A stretch of 64,000 bases of DNA from Candidatus Bathyarchaeota archaeon (lineage in GTDB: Archaea; Thermoproteota; Bathyarchaeia; Bathyarchaeales; Bathycorpusculaceae): the NCBI GenBank assembly GCA_963806535.1, contig CAWDYC010000007.1, positions 192,001 to 256,000 of the forward strand, in the 5' to 3' direction. The notes under the pieces were generated by a model that saw nothing but the letters and a program-made list of their open reading frames with translations, was not told where the DNA came from and did no database searches. The position numbers were made by a program, and so were the translations under genes. Below, one piece after another: positions 50,301 through 60,178 of this stretch. Numbering within the stretch: position 1 is the first letter of the stretch; each line of letters starts with the position of its first letter.

Positions 50301-52967
50301 TCATGAAATAACCAAGGATAAGCGAAGGGTTTCATCGTCATCAATTTCAGTTTTGAATCCTAATCTGTTACACAGGTTTAGCATTTTGTCGTTATTGACC
50401 ATGACAAAACCATATATTTTCTGCAGGTCCTTATCCTTCGCTATTCTAATTAGAGAATCCATCAATTTGAAGCCTACCCCATAGCCTTGCCATTGATCCC
50501 CCACTAAGACAGCAAATTCGCCGCTTTTTCCGTAAGGGTCCGTAATTAGTCTGGAAACACCAATTATTTGTTTACTGCTTGGATTTTCTGCCACCATAGC
50601 AATTTCTCTATCATAGTCCAAGTTACAGTATCGTGTTAATGTTTCGTGAGAAAGTTCTTTTATTATTTCAAAGAATCGAAAACGCATTGTTTGAGGAGAA
50701 AGCGATTTGAAAAGCTCGTTGAATTTGGCTTCGTCTTCAGGTTTTATAGCTCGCAAATGAACAAGGGAGCCATTTTTGTCATTCCAGTTGGAACTATATT
50801 TGCTTGGGTAGGGGGCGATTACAAGGTGTTCATGAAACCCGATGTCTTGGATGATGTTATTTGGGTCCAGAACAATTCGTGCATCAACTGCAAAAGCACT
50901 GTTCTTATCTAAAATCAAAGGGTTTACGTCAATTTCTTTGATTTCAGGAAAGTCTATAACGAGTTGAGAAAACTTGACCAAGATTTCTTCAAGAACTTTA
51001 ATATTTAATGGAAATTCCGATAAATGTGAGTAACGATAGATCATTGTGTCCTCTATTAGCCGTCTTGCAAGCACCTGATTTAGAGGAGGGAAACCAATGC
51101 TTACGTCTTTGATTAACTCAGCTTCCGTGCCGCCTCTCCCAAAAATCACCACTGAACCGAACTGAGAATCTTTTTTGCTACCAATTAGTAATTCATAGTT
51201 TTTTTTGAATATCATTGGCTGAATTGCGACACCTTGAAATTCTGCGTTTCCACTTAGTTTTTGCACTTTTTTGGCTAGTTCATCGAAGCAAGCTTGAACT
51301 TCTAAGGTTGAGCATACGTTGAGGATTACGCCTGCGATTTGGGATTTATGTGTGACCTGCGGAGACAAAGCTTTCATAACTACTGGAAAACCAATTTTGG
51401 AAGCTAAAACTTCGGCTTCTTCTGGTGTTGTGGCAACTAAAGTCTTAACTGTGGGTATTTTATAGGCCCCTAAAAAGCGAAGAGAATCACACAAACCAAG
51501 AACTTGTTGCCCTTGGCTGTGCGCTTGTTTTAAAATGGATTTGAGTGCAGCTGAGTTTGCTGGCTCTTCAGAGAGTTCTTCTGGTGTCTGGTAAAGTAGT
51601 TCTAAATCTTGAGTATATCGGTACATGTACATGAATGTTGAAACAGCTTGTTCGGGTGTCGGAAAAGTTGGAATGCCATTTCTTAGAAGAGACCTACGGG
51701 CTTCACCGCATCTGGAATCTTCACCCATCAAGCAGGTAAGTATGGGCTTCTTTGTTTGCTGCGATAACTCCAGAACTGCTTTTGCGACGGCAGACGGATC
51801 AGATGCTGCTTGAGGCGCATAGATTAGTAGAAAACCATTGCTGTTCTCGTCTTTCAAGCATAGTTCCATAACATCTTTGAATCTCGCTGGCGTTGCTTCT
51901 TCGAGAATGTCGATTGGATTTGCCGTACAGCAATAGGGCGGCAAAATATTCCTTATTTCCTTCATTGTTTCCTGACTTAACGGTGACAGTTTTCCGCCTT
52001 TGGCGATAAGTTGGTCCGCAGCCATGATACCTGGACCCCCAGCATTTGTGATAATTGTCAAATTAGATCCTGTAGGGTTTGGCTGCATCGCCAAAGCTTC
52101 TGCACAGTTAAACAGATCAATCATTGTTTCTACTCTGACAACCCCAGCACGCCTAAAAGCCGAGTCATAAACCGCATCTTCTCCACCCAAAAAACCGCTG
52201 TGAGAAGTAGCTGGAATAGCAGTTTCTTTGAAACGTCCAGCTTTAACAACTACTATAGGCTTGGTTCTCGCAAAGCCTCGTGCAGCACTCATGAATTTCC
52301 GCGCATTCTTAATAAACTCAACATATAAAACGATACTTTTGGTTTGAGAATCAGCTCCAAAATAATCAATTAAGTCACCAAAATCCACATCAAGCATTGA
52401 CCCCGTAGACACGACGGCGCTGAATCCAACTTGAGCCTCTGAAGCCCAATCTAATGCAGAAGCGCATAAAGCGGCACTTTGAGAAATAAAGGCGATTTTC
52501 CCAGGACTAGCTTTTTCATCCGCGAAAGTTGCATACAGATTTGCTTTGGGTCTAATGATTCCAAAACTTTTGGGACCTATAATTCTCATTTCATACTTCT
52601 TTTGGAGTTCAAGAATTTTCTTTTCAATAAGAACGCCTTCTTCACCAACCTCTCTAAAACCTGCAGAACAAATTATTATTCCGGAAACTCCGGCTTCACC
52701 GCATTCCTCAACAATCTGTGGCACAGTGTGCGCTGGAACAGCAATTATAGCTAAATCTATCATTCGAGGAATTTTACTAATGCTCGGATAAGCAGTAATC
52801 CCATGCACTGTATCCCTAAAGGCGTTTACAGGAAAAACTTCACCTTTGAAACCGACCCCAATCAGATTCCCCAAAATTTTGGCGCCTATAGACCCTTCTC
52901 TGTCACTTGCACCTACCACAGCTATACGTTTAGGGCTGAACAGATTGTTAAGTTTCTCGACACCCAT
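50301..52967 (-). CDS. ADP-forming acyl-CoA ligase-like protein with C-terminal GNAT (Pat-type)
   Basis: IAVVGAS, SQSAA, TNAGGPG, NPIDI, HKS..GV.LN ATP-grasp, EIDVNPL, then LRAIKPED..RFRFF..EFAVLV.D.WQG.G.G. Confidence 0.9.
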   Translation of the reverse strand: MGVEKLNNLFSPKRIAVVGASDREGSIGAKILGNLIGVGFKGEVFPVNAFRDTVHGITAYPSISKIPRMIDLAIIAVPAHTVPQIVEECGEAGVSGIIICSAGFREVGEEGVLIEKKILELQKKYEMRIIGPKSFGIIRPKANLYATFADEKASPGKIAFISQSAALCASALDWASEAQVGFSAVVSTGSMLDVDFGDLIDYFGADSQTKSIVLYVEFIKNARKFMSAARGFARTKPIVVVKAGRFKETAIPATSHSGFLGGEDAVYDSAFRRAGVVRVETMIDLFNCAEALAMQPNPTGSNLTIITNAGGPGIMAADQLIAKGGKLSPLSQETMKEIRNILPPYCCTANPIDILEEATPARFKDVMELCLKDENSNGFLLIYAPQAASDPSAVAKAVLELSQQTKKPILTCLMGEDSRCGEARRSLLRNGIPTFPTPEQAVSTFMYMYRYTQDLELLYQTPEELSEEPANSAALKSILKQAHSQGQQVLGLCDSLRFLGAYKIPTVKTLVATTPEEAEVLASKIGFPVVMKALSPQVTHKSQIAGVILNVCSTLEVQACFDELAKKVQKLSGNAEFQGVAIQPMIFKKNYELLIGSKKDSQFGSVVIFGRGGTEAELIKDVSIGFPPLNQVLARRLIEDTMIYRYSHLSEFPLNIKVLEEILVKFSQLVIDFPEIKEIDVNPLILDKNSAFAVDARIVLDPNNIIQDIGFHEHLVIAPYPSKYSSNWNDKNGSLVHLRAIKPEDEAKFNELFKSLSPQTMRFRFFEIIKELSHETLTRYCNLDYDREIAMVAENPSSKQIIGVSRLITDPYGKSGEFAVLVGDQWQGYGVGFKLMDSLIRIAKDKDLQKIYGFVMVNNDKMLNLCNRLGFKTEIDDDETLRLSLVIS

Positions 52968-53137
52968 TTTTTTGAACACTCGAAATGAGAAATAGCCTGT
53001 ATTAATTATATACCAATAAGTGGTTTTAAAACTTACCAATTTTCACCCAATTTTGGAGTCTATAATTAAAAAGCGGAACAGATAAGCTTTAAAGCAATTT
53101 TCCCGTAGCCATCTTTAATTCAGAAGGAAACACAGAA

Positions 53138-53896
53138 ATGGACGCCATAAAGATAATTGCAGTTGAAAATCTACCGCTAATAAATCCTGGAGATAACATA
53201 GCAAAACTCATTTCTGAAGCCGCAAAAAAACAAGGCACACCTCTGCAAGAAAATGATGTAATAGTAGTTACTCATGTAGTGGTTTCAAAAGCTGAAGGAA
53301 ACATCATCAACCTTGATGAAGTGACTCCTTCTGGGAAAGCAAAAGAAATCGCACAGCAAACAAACAAGGACCCAGCATTAGTTGAGGTTATTCTCAGAGA
53401 AACAAAAGAAATAGTTCGCATAGGACAAAATAGCATAATAACAGAAACCAAAAGTGGAATAGTCTGTGCGAATGCGGGAATAGATAGGTCTAATGTTTCT
53501 GGCGATCAAAACGTTGTTCCGTTGCCAAAAAACCCAAACGCTTCTGCACAAAAAATTAGACAAGAAATAAAAGCATTAGCAGGAGTTAACGTTGCAGTTA
53601 TCGTTTCTGACACTCATGGCAGACCGCTTCGCCTTGGAGAAATAAATGTGGCAGTTGGCGTAGCAGGAATTAAACCGATAAGAGATAGACGTGGTGAAAA
53701 AGACCTTTTCGGATATGTGCTTCGAATAAAACAAACCGCCATAGCAGATGAATTATCTTCAGCCGCGGAACTTGTTATCGGCCAAGCCAATGAAGGAATC
53801 CCAGCCGCAATCATTCGAGGATACACTTACCAAACAACCGAGGGCGCCTCAACAACGGAACTCATTAGAGCCAAAGAAAAAGACCTCTTCAGGTAA
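53138..53896 (+). CDS. cofE: Coenzyme F420-0:L-glutamate ligase
   Basis: PLINPGD, VVSKAEG, CANAGIDRSN, SDTHGRPLR.G, ADEL, DLFR. Confidence 0.92.
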   Translation: MDAIKIIAVENLPLINPGDNIAKLISEAAKKQGTPLQENDVIVVTHVVVSKAEGNIINLDEVTPSGKAKEIAQQTNKDPALVEVILRETKEIVRIGQNSIITETKSGIVCANAGIDRSNVSGDQNVVPLPKNPNASAQKIRQEIKALAGVNVAVIVSDTHGRPLRLGEINVAVGVAGIKPIRDRRGEKDLFGYVLRIKQTAIADELSSAAELVIGQANEGIPAAIIRGYTYQTTEGASTTELIRAKEKDLFR

Positions 53897-53947
53897 CTTC
53901 AACAAAGTTCAATAACCCAATAGCATAAGATACGTGAAAAACACGAG

Positions 53948-54289
53948 ATGAAAATGATGGATGTAAAGTCTCCTGAAGAATTTTTCTTGGAAAAGCTTCC
54001 TGAAAGATTCAAGCCAGAAAAAGCTGCAGGCATCGAAGCTGTAATTCAATTAAGTTTAAGCGGCGGTCCAAAGGAACAAGATTGGGTATTTATTATAAAA
54101 GACCGGAAGCTGCAAGTTACTCAAGGAACTAATCCTTCAGCCACGCTATCGCTTAGAATTTCCGAAAGCGACTTCATGGATATTATAAATGGAAAATTAA
54201 GCGCTGAAAAAGCTTTCTTTACTGGAAGAATTCGTTTTCAAGGTAACATTAGTTTAGCTTTGAAATTAAGAGATGCCGGTTTACTTTAA
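53948..54289 (+). CDS. SCP2 sterol-binding domain protein
   Basis: F.PEKAAG..A.IQ, AFFTGRI.FQGN..LALKL. Confidence 0.85.
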   Translation: MKMMDVKSPEEFFLEKLPERFKPEKAAGIEAVIQLSLSGGPKEQDWVFIIKDRKLQVTQGTNPSATLSLRISESDFMDIINGKLSAEKAFFTGRIRFQGNISLALKLRDAGLL

Positions 54290-54826
54290 ACCAAGCTTTT
54301 TAACAACCTGCGGGGGCAAGTCATCTTCGCCAACTTTGAATGTTTGAGGCTCATCAATTTGTACAATCGCCCGCAACTCATCAGGCTCTAATTGACAGAT
54401 AAGTTCAGTCAGCTCTTTTTTTGCAACTTCTAAATGGTTTTTGAAAGCAGTTTTGTCTTTAAAAAGAACCCCTGCGTAAGCGCAGAGCTCTGATTTTTTG
54501 AGGAACCACTCAATCTTTTTAGTCGAAAAGTTTATGTCAAACGTTATCGGTCCCGAAACGCATGTTTCAGGCTTAACAGGATGTACCGAGCATTTGCCCG
54601 TTTTCTTATTAAAAAGCCCACAGTAAATAAGCTCATCAACGCTTGGAAAAGAATAATTTTCTTTTGAGAACGGTTTTTGGATATTAAGTCTTTGTTCTTC
54701 TAAATATTTTTTTATGATTTTTTTCCGGTTTTCAGTTAACGGTGGTTTTGCATCTTGGCAGCATATACTTTTGCATTGGCTGCAAACATCAAACGAGTAG
54801 GTTGTTCCTTTGTTATCGGTCGCCAT
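54281..54826 (-). CDS. YkgJ-family Cys-cluster protein
   Basis: CSQCKSICC, C..F....GKCSVHPVKPETC..GP. Confidence 0.8.
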   Translation of the reverse strand: MATDNKGTTYSFDVCSQCKSICCQDAKPPLTENRKKIIKKYLEEQRLNIQKPFSKENYSFPSVDELIYCGLFNKKTGKCSVHPVKPETCVSGPITFDINFSTKKIEWFLKKSELCAYAGVLFKDKTAFKNHLEVAKKELTELICQLEPDELRAIVQIDEPQTFKVGEDDLPPQVVKKLGLK

Positions 54827-54841
54827 TCTGGGACACATCTT

Positions 54842-56030
54842 TTAGAAGTAGGGTTCATTATCGGAAAGGCTCTTAATAAGCGTTGAATACACGTTGATTA
54901 CCGCCTCATGGAAATCTGTTTTCTCTGCTCGATTCAAAACACATTTCCGAATAATTTCAGACAAGTTGCCGTTTTCTATTCTCTTCTTGATAATCCAGAG
55001 ATATCGTTTTTCGTCTTCTTCCGCATGATCAAAAGCCAAGTTAAGGTAGTGTTGACATACTTGCCTAGCTGTTTTGCCATGAGGACTTGACACCTTGGCG
55101 TTTAACCCTTCCTTAACTATTCTGTTAAAATCACTAACTAGCAGATTGTGTGGCAAAAGCTCAGTTTTCAAAGCAATCAAGCCTCTAATGGCAGCACGTA
55201 TAAAACAGCTCAAAGCTACATCAGATTTAACGCATTCCTGCTCATCCATAACACGAACTTCAAGAGCACACCGATCGAAACGGAAAATTACACCTCTTGA
55301 ATTTACCCATTCCCGATGCAAAAGTGTTTTGCTTGCGCCAGCTTTAGCCAAGTCCTGTGAGTATCGTTCGACAACATCTTGATTGTACTGACTAAATGAG
55401 GTAACATAATCGGGAATAACTTCACCAGTAACACTAGGAATTTCCTTTTGATTTATCTTGTAAAATTGCAATCGGTTATCATTGTCTGGACCTATTTTTC
55501 CCTCATAAATTGGTGAGGAAGCAGCAATTGCTGGAAGGTAAGTCGATAAATTTGCGAGCTGATTGTGAATTTGGACACCGTCCTCTTCTGATCGGTATGG
55601 AAGGTTTAGGTGGAAGCTCTGTATATTTAGCCATCCATGCTGGTTTAAGTTGAAAATCTTGCCGAATTCTTGATAGATTTTTTTGTGGTAGTGAGGCCAA
55701 ATACCTGTGTCTTTTAGCTGCAGCAAGGGATGCATTCCTGTTCCTAGAAGGTTAGCCCCATGTTTCTGCACGATTTGATTTAGCGTTGAAACGGCGTTTT
55801 GCATAGTCTCCTCAAATTGGACTGGAGATTTGAATGGAGAATTGGCTTTTACTTCCATCACATGCAACTGCAACTCTTTACCAAAAGTGAAAGATGGCAG
55901 TTCTACGAAGTTGATGATTTTTCCGCAATAATCTTTTATGATTTTATCGGCGATGGGCATTACCTTCAATTCAGGCGTCACTAGTGAAAGTTCATGCTCT
56001 GGCCCAAGGACCTCAAGGGGTTTAAACGTT
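54842..56030 (-). CDS. Glutamate-cysteine ligase family 2 (GCS2) protein; start codon uncertain
   Basis: The frame extends upstream of GTG 55981 through FKPLEVLGPEHELSL (GxExE motif). Also GMHP, QSFHLNL, AASSP, RFDR.ALEVRVMD. Confidence 0.85.
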
Positions 56031-56135
56031 GATTTTACCTCGTTTTATTTAGCGCTTGATTTGTGATGGCAATATGATAATAGTTAATCTTAAATACATC
56101 TCCACTAATATCGCATTTCAGTTACCTGGTGTCTC

Positions 56136-56837
56136 ATGACCGTGTTGGTCGTCTCAAATATCGACCTAACCTATAACATACAAGTAATGAAGCCCGCAAC
56201 GTTTTTAGATTCCACAATCAAAGAACCCACCCTCAATCTTAACAACGAATACAGATACATGAAAACGGGCTACTATGTTTCAATGCATGCTGAAATTTTA
56301 GGAAGCAACGTTATCCCATCATGCGAAAACATTATTGATTCCAGCAGAACCCCGATTCTGCTTCTGAGGGCAACTAGAGCTGGAGTACCAACCTTACCCT
56401 TTCTTGTTACAGATTCGGTGAAAAAAATAGCAACTGAAATCGGCTACCCAGCAATTGTTTTTGCCGTAAACCCATTCATTTATGATGGCTACAAAATCGC
56501 TACCAACAAAAGCTCACTGTACCGAGCTATGAAAAGTTTAGGTATGAACTACAAATTCGCTGTTTGCGCGCAACCGCTAAAAGGTGAACTTCTTACTACC
56601 AAATCATTCTTTGGCAAAACTACAGATCAAGATCCGAGGACACAAGAAATTGCCCAGAGAGTATATGAAATCTTTAAAATTCCACTTTGCAATTTGCACA
56701 TTCAAAAAGCGCAAGATAAAGCTTATTTGTGTGGACTGCAACCCCTAAGCAAAGAGGAGCTTACGGAACAAGACTTGCAACAGATCTCCAAAGAGGTCTC
56801 GCTCATTTCTGAGCAGGGTGAACACTTCGGTGTCTAA
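56136..56837 (+). CDS. RimK-like ATP-grasp N-terminal (RLAN) domain protein
   Basis: NL...YRYMKTGYYVSMHAE..G..VIPS. Confidence 0.75.
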   Translation: MTVLVVSNIDLTYNIQVMKPATFLDSTIKEPTLNLNNEYRYMKTGYYVSMHAEILGSNVIPSCENIIDSSRTPILLLRATRAGVPTLPFLVTDSVKKIATEIGYPAIVFAVNPFIYDGYKIATNKSSLYRAMKSLGMNYKFAVCAQPLKGELLTTKSFFGKTTDQDPRTQEIAQRVYEIFKIPLCNLHIQKAQDKAYLCGLQPLSKEELTEQDLQQISKEVSLISEQGEHFGV

Positions 56838-57708
56838 GATCGCATGCTTTGTTGAGAAATATAATTTTACCGACCCCCGCGAGCAAGGCGCGCTCCAAAA
56901 CTTCAAGATAGCAGCAGAAAAACAAGGAAGCGAATTCAATTTCCTTTTCCGCGAAGACATTTCTAATGTGCCAAAATATGATGCTGTTTTCATTAGGGCA
57001 ACAACAGACCCATTGAATACCGCTTACGTTGTTTCCAAAACAGCATGGGAACTCGGCATGAAAGTCATCGATGATCCCGAATCCATTACTATATGCGGCA
57101 ACAAAATCCACCAATACGCTTTATTTGAAAAGTTTAACGTCCCACACATACCCACCGTTTTCCTAAGCAAAGATGAGCTACATCACAAAAAAATCAGCGA
57201 CATATTCGATGAACTCGGAAAACCAGTTGTTATAAAGGCACCCTACACAAGCTTTTCACGTTATGTAGAGAAAGCTGCATGCGAAACAAGCTTCAGAGAT
57301 GTCGCTAAACGGTTCTTTAAGAAATCGGATGTTTTAGCAATTCAAAAGTTTACTCCCACAGCTTTTGACTGGAGAGTCGGCGTCTTAAACAACGACATAC
57401 TCTACGTATGCAAATACATGATTCCCAAAGGCAAATGGAAGCATGGTGCCAAGTTACGCGGCAAGCCGACGGTGATTTGGGGCAGAACAGTAAGCATGAA
57501 AAAACGAGAGCTGCCGACTAGGCTTAGGGAAGTAGCTTTGAAGGCATGCAGTGTTGTCGGTAAAGGGCTCTATGGCGTTGACATAAAAGAAGTAGATGGC
57601 GACTACGTTGTGGTAGAAGTTAACGATAACCCAAGCATTTACGCTGGCTACGAAGACTCAATGGACCACGACATTTATCAACGAATTATCAACTACCTAT
57701 CCGAGTAG
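56830..57708 (+). CDS. RimK-family ATP-grasp ligase
   Basis: YDAVFIRATT, VIDDP.SI..C.NK, IKAPYTSFS, FDWRVGVL, GLYGVDIK, EVNDNP. Confidence 0.88.
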   Translation: MSKIACFVEKYNFTDPREQGALQNFKIAAEKQGSEFNFLFREDISNVPKYDAVFIRATTDPLNTAYVVSKTAWELGMKVIDDPESITICGNKIHQYALFEKFNVPHIPTVFLSKDELHHKKISDIFDELGKPVVIKAPYTSFSRYVEKAACETSFRDVAKRFFKKSDVLAIQKFTPTAFDWRVGVLNNDILYVCKYMIPKGKWKHGAKLRGKPTVIWGRTVSMKKRELPTRLREVALKACSVVGKGLYGVDIKEVDGDYVVVEVNDNPSIYAGYEDSMDHDIYQRIINYLSE

Positions 57709-57776
57709 TCTCCTGATTCTTTTCGACACGTATTTATCTTAACGTTTCTTAACAAACTGCATCGAGTGACTCGAAT

Positions 57777-58760
57777 ATGACTCATAAAGAAACTGAAGCA
57801 CATAAGGTTCCTGTTGAAGATTACCAATTTACAGAAAAAATGTCCGTTGATGAACTTGTGCAGCAAATGGATAAGGCGTGGGGTTTTACCGCGGGTAAGA
57901 TTTCCACTGGCGTAGGCATTATGGAATCCATGATAAATGCCAAAGGGTGTGTAAAGTTTCTTTCATTTACCGCTGACATCGTAGCCACAGGCACTCGAGG
58001 CGTAATCAGAGAGCTTGTTAAACGTAAACTCGTTGACGTGCTTATTACAACATGTGGAACCTTGGACCATGATGTAGCTCGTTGCTGGAAAGACTATTAC
58101 AAAGGCAGCTTCATAATGAACGATTCTAAACTGCACCAGGAAGGGTTAAACCGCCTTGGAAACGTGCTTGTCCCAAACGACAGCTATGGCATAATTATAG
58201 AAAAGAAAATCCTTGGGCTCCTCGAAGAGCTTTACAAAGAGGGCAAACGCGATCTTTCAACCTCCCAACTTTGCCGGGAAATTGGATTACGATGCTGTAA
58301 TGAAACCTCGATTCTTTATTGGGCAGCGAGAAACAACATTCCCGTCTTTGTACCAGGCATAACCGATGGTTCAGTGGGTTACCAGCTCTGGTTCTTCAGC
58401 CAAGACCACCACGACTTCAGAATTAACTTACTCAAAGATGAAGGTGACCTCAACAACATCGTTTTCGACGCCAAAAAAAGTGGTGCGTTAATTGTTGGGG
58501 GAGGAATCTCAAAACACCACACCATTTGGTGGAACCAATTCAAAGACGGCTTAGACTACGTCGTCTACATTACCACAGCAGACGAATGGGATGGCAGCCT
58601 CAGCGGCGCAAGACCCCGAGAAGCAGTTTCATGGGGAAAAATCAACGAAAAAGCCAAACGTATAATGATTGAAGGCGACGCCACAGTAATAATGCCTATA
58701 ATGACAAGCGCTCTTATCGACAGGTTAAGCAAAAAGAAAACTGCCAAAAAAAGCAGTTGA
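57777..58760 (+). CDS. dys: Deoxyhypusine synthase
   Basis: GFTAG, NRLGNV, GITDGS, GGGISKHH, DGSLSGARPREAVSWGKI. Confidence 0.9.
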   Translation: MTHKETEAHKVPVEDYQFTEKMSVDELVQQMDKAWGFTAGKISTGVGIMESMINAKGCVKFLSFTADIVATGTRGVIRELVKRKLVDVLITTCGTLDHDVARCWKDYYKGSFIMNDSKLHQEGLNRLGNVLVPNDSYGIIIEKKILGLLEELYKEGKRDLSTSQLCREIGLRCCNETSILYWAARNNIPVFVPGITDGSVGYQLWFFSQDHHDFRINLLKDEGDLNNIVFDAKKSGALIVGGGISKHHTIWWNQFKDGLDYVVYITTADEWDGSLSGARPREAVSWGKINEKAKRIMIEGDATVIMPIMTSALIDRLSKKKTAKKSS

Positions 58761-58791
58761 CACCGAGCCGATAGCATAACAAAAGAATATG

Positions 58792-59532
58792 CTAATTTTG
58801 GTTTCCTTTGGCCACATTTCTTTTCTGGGTTATGACAACAGCGATGGCAACACTTATGGCAACAGCTAACATCAGTATTAAGGGACTTAATTCGGGGACG
58901 GTCGGCGTAGGGTTTGTTGAACCGAAAATGTTTGTTGCTATGACGCTGTATGAGAACATTGATGTTACAGTTTGTGGTTGAAGTTGAGTAACGGTCGTAG
59001 ATGATGCTTCCAAAAGCATCCCTGAAAGCTTATCATACACATAGTTTTGTGTCGTGTCGTAGCCGGGCGTAGAAATTGTAACGTTGAGGATGTTAACGCT
59101 ACGCGTTGTGCCGAGGTATGTTCGATCTGCCGTTTGGTTAACTGAATAAGTGTTTGCAGGCGGTATTTCATCTCCCTGGTTTAGGTTAGCAGCGATTATA
59201 TATCCTTGAGGCGTTGGCACCCCTTTTTTTGTTCCTAACGACAAGTCCCAAATATCTGATGTGCCGCTGCCGGGTAGTGCAGTTCCATTTTTGTACTCCC
59301 CAGTAGAAAGCAAGGTAACCAAGCTGCCTGATACGCTCACTACCTGCAAGTTTAGAAAGCCGTAGTTGTTGAAGGGTTCGTAGCCAATGCCAATGCCAAC
59401 AAAATTCCCGTATCTCACATATTGGCCCACGGTAACTCCAGGGTTGTATTGAACGCAAAGAACTGGTGCAGCTAAAGCTACTAAAATGACGGCTGCCAAT
59501 GAGAATGATAAAATTAATTTTGAATTTAACAA
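58792..59532 (-). CDS. Secreted protein with PEF-CTERM-like anchor
   Basis: Signal peptide, YDKLSGMLLE, PTPTVPEL followed by a TM helix and basic tail. Confidence 0.75.
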   Translation of the reverse strand: MLNSKLILSFSLAAVILVALAAPVLCVQYNPGVTVGQYVRYGNFVGIGIGYEPFNNYGFLNLQVVSVSGSLVTLLSTGEYKNGTALPGSGTSDIWDLSLGTKKGVPTPQGYIIAANLNQGDEIPPANTYSVNQTADRTYLGTTRSVNILNVTISTPGYDTTQNYVYDKLSGMLLEASSTTVTQLQPQTVTSMFSYSVIATNIFGSTNPTPTVPELSPLILMLAVAISVAIAVVITQKRNVAKGNQN

Positions 59533-59576
59533 ATTAAAACTTCCGTACTATTTCTTATCGAGGTCCTTCTAAAAAA

Positions 59577-59723
59577 CTAGGCTATTCGTCTTGCTCCACA
59601 ATGAGGACAGAAAGAGGCAGTTTCAACAAACAAGGTTCCGCAGTACTTGCAAGGCACCATTTTAACCTCTTTGATCGATTTCCTCTCCTCTTCGTCGCCA
59701 CCACAGCAACCACATGGACACAT
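59577..59723 (-). CDS. 48-aa Cys-rich zinc-ribbon protein (not in the ORF track)
   Basis: MCPCGCCGGDEEERKSIKEVKMVPCKYCGTLFVETASFCPHCGARRIA, with an AGGAGG RBS. Confidence 0.8.
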   Translation of the reverse strand: MCPCGCCGGDEEERKSIKEVKMVPCKYCGTLFVETASFCPHCGARRIA

Positions 59724-59740
59724 TTAGTTTTGTTCCTCCT

Positions 59741-60079
59741 TTACGATGAGTAAGTTTTTGCAATGTCTTGTTTTTGGTTGAGTTGATCTATGAGCACTTC
59801 TCTCATTGTGTCGCATGCTTGGCTGATTTTGGGGCTTGCAACTCGATAATAGATGTTTGAGCCTTCTTTTCGGGTCTTCACTATCTGCCTTTGCCTCATT
59901 AACGCTAGATGCTGTGAAATGTTGGATTGGCTTGCGCCTAACGTGTTTGTTAAGTCGTTGACGGTTTTTTCTCCATCCTTTAAGTAGTGAATAATTGCTA
60001 ATCTTAGAGGATGCGAAAGCGTTTTTGCTATCTCTGCTTGCAATTCGTAAATTGTCATGTCGAAGTTTGGTTTCACCAT
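59741..60079 (-). CDS. ArsR/SmtB family regulator
   Basis: KTLSHPLRLAI, SQSNISQHLALMR, RKEG..IYY. Confidence 0.9.
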   Translation of the reverse strand: MVKPNFDMTIYELQAEIAKTLSHPLRLAIIHYLKDGEKTVNDLTNTLGASQSNISQHLALMRQRQIVKTRKEGSNIYYRVASPKISQACDTMREVLIDQLNQKQDIAKTYSS

Positions 60080-60178
60080 AACGGATTCCTGAAGTATTCA
60101 TATATTCTAACATAGCTTCGCCCTATTATGTTTTTTATTTTTCCAAAAAATGGAAAAAGAGGTTGAATGTTAATCGCC

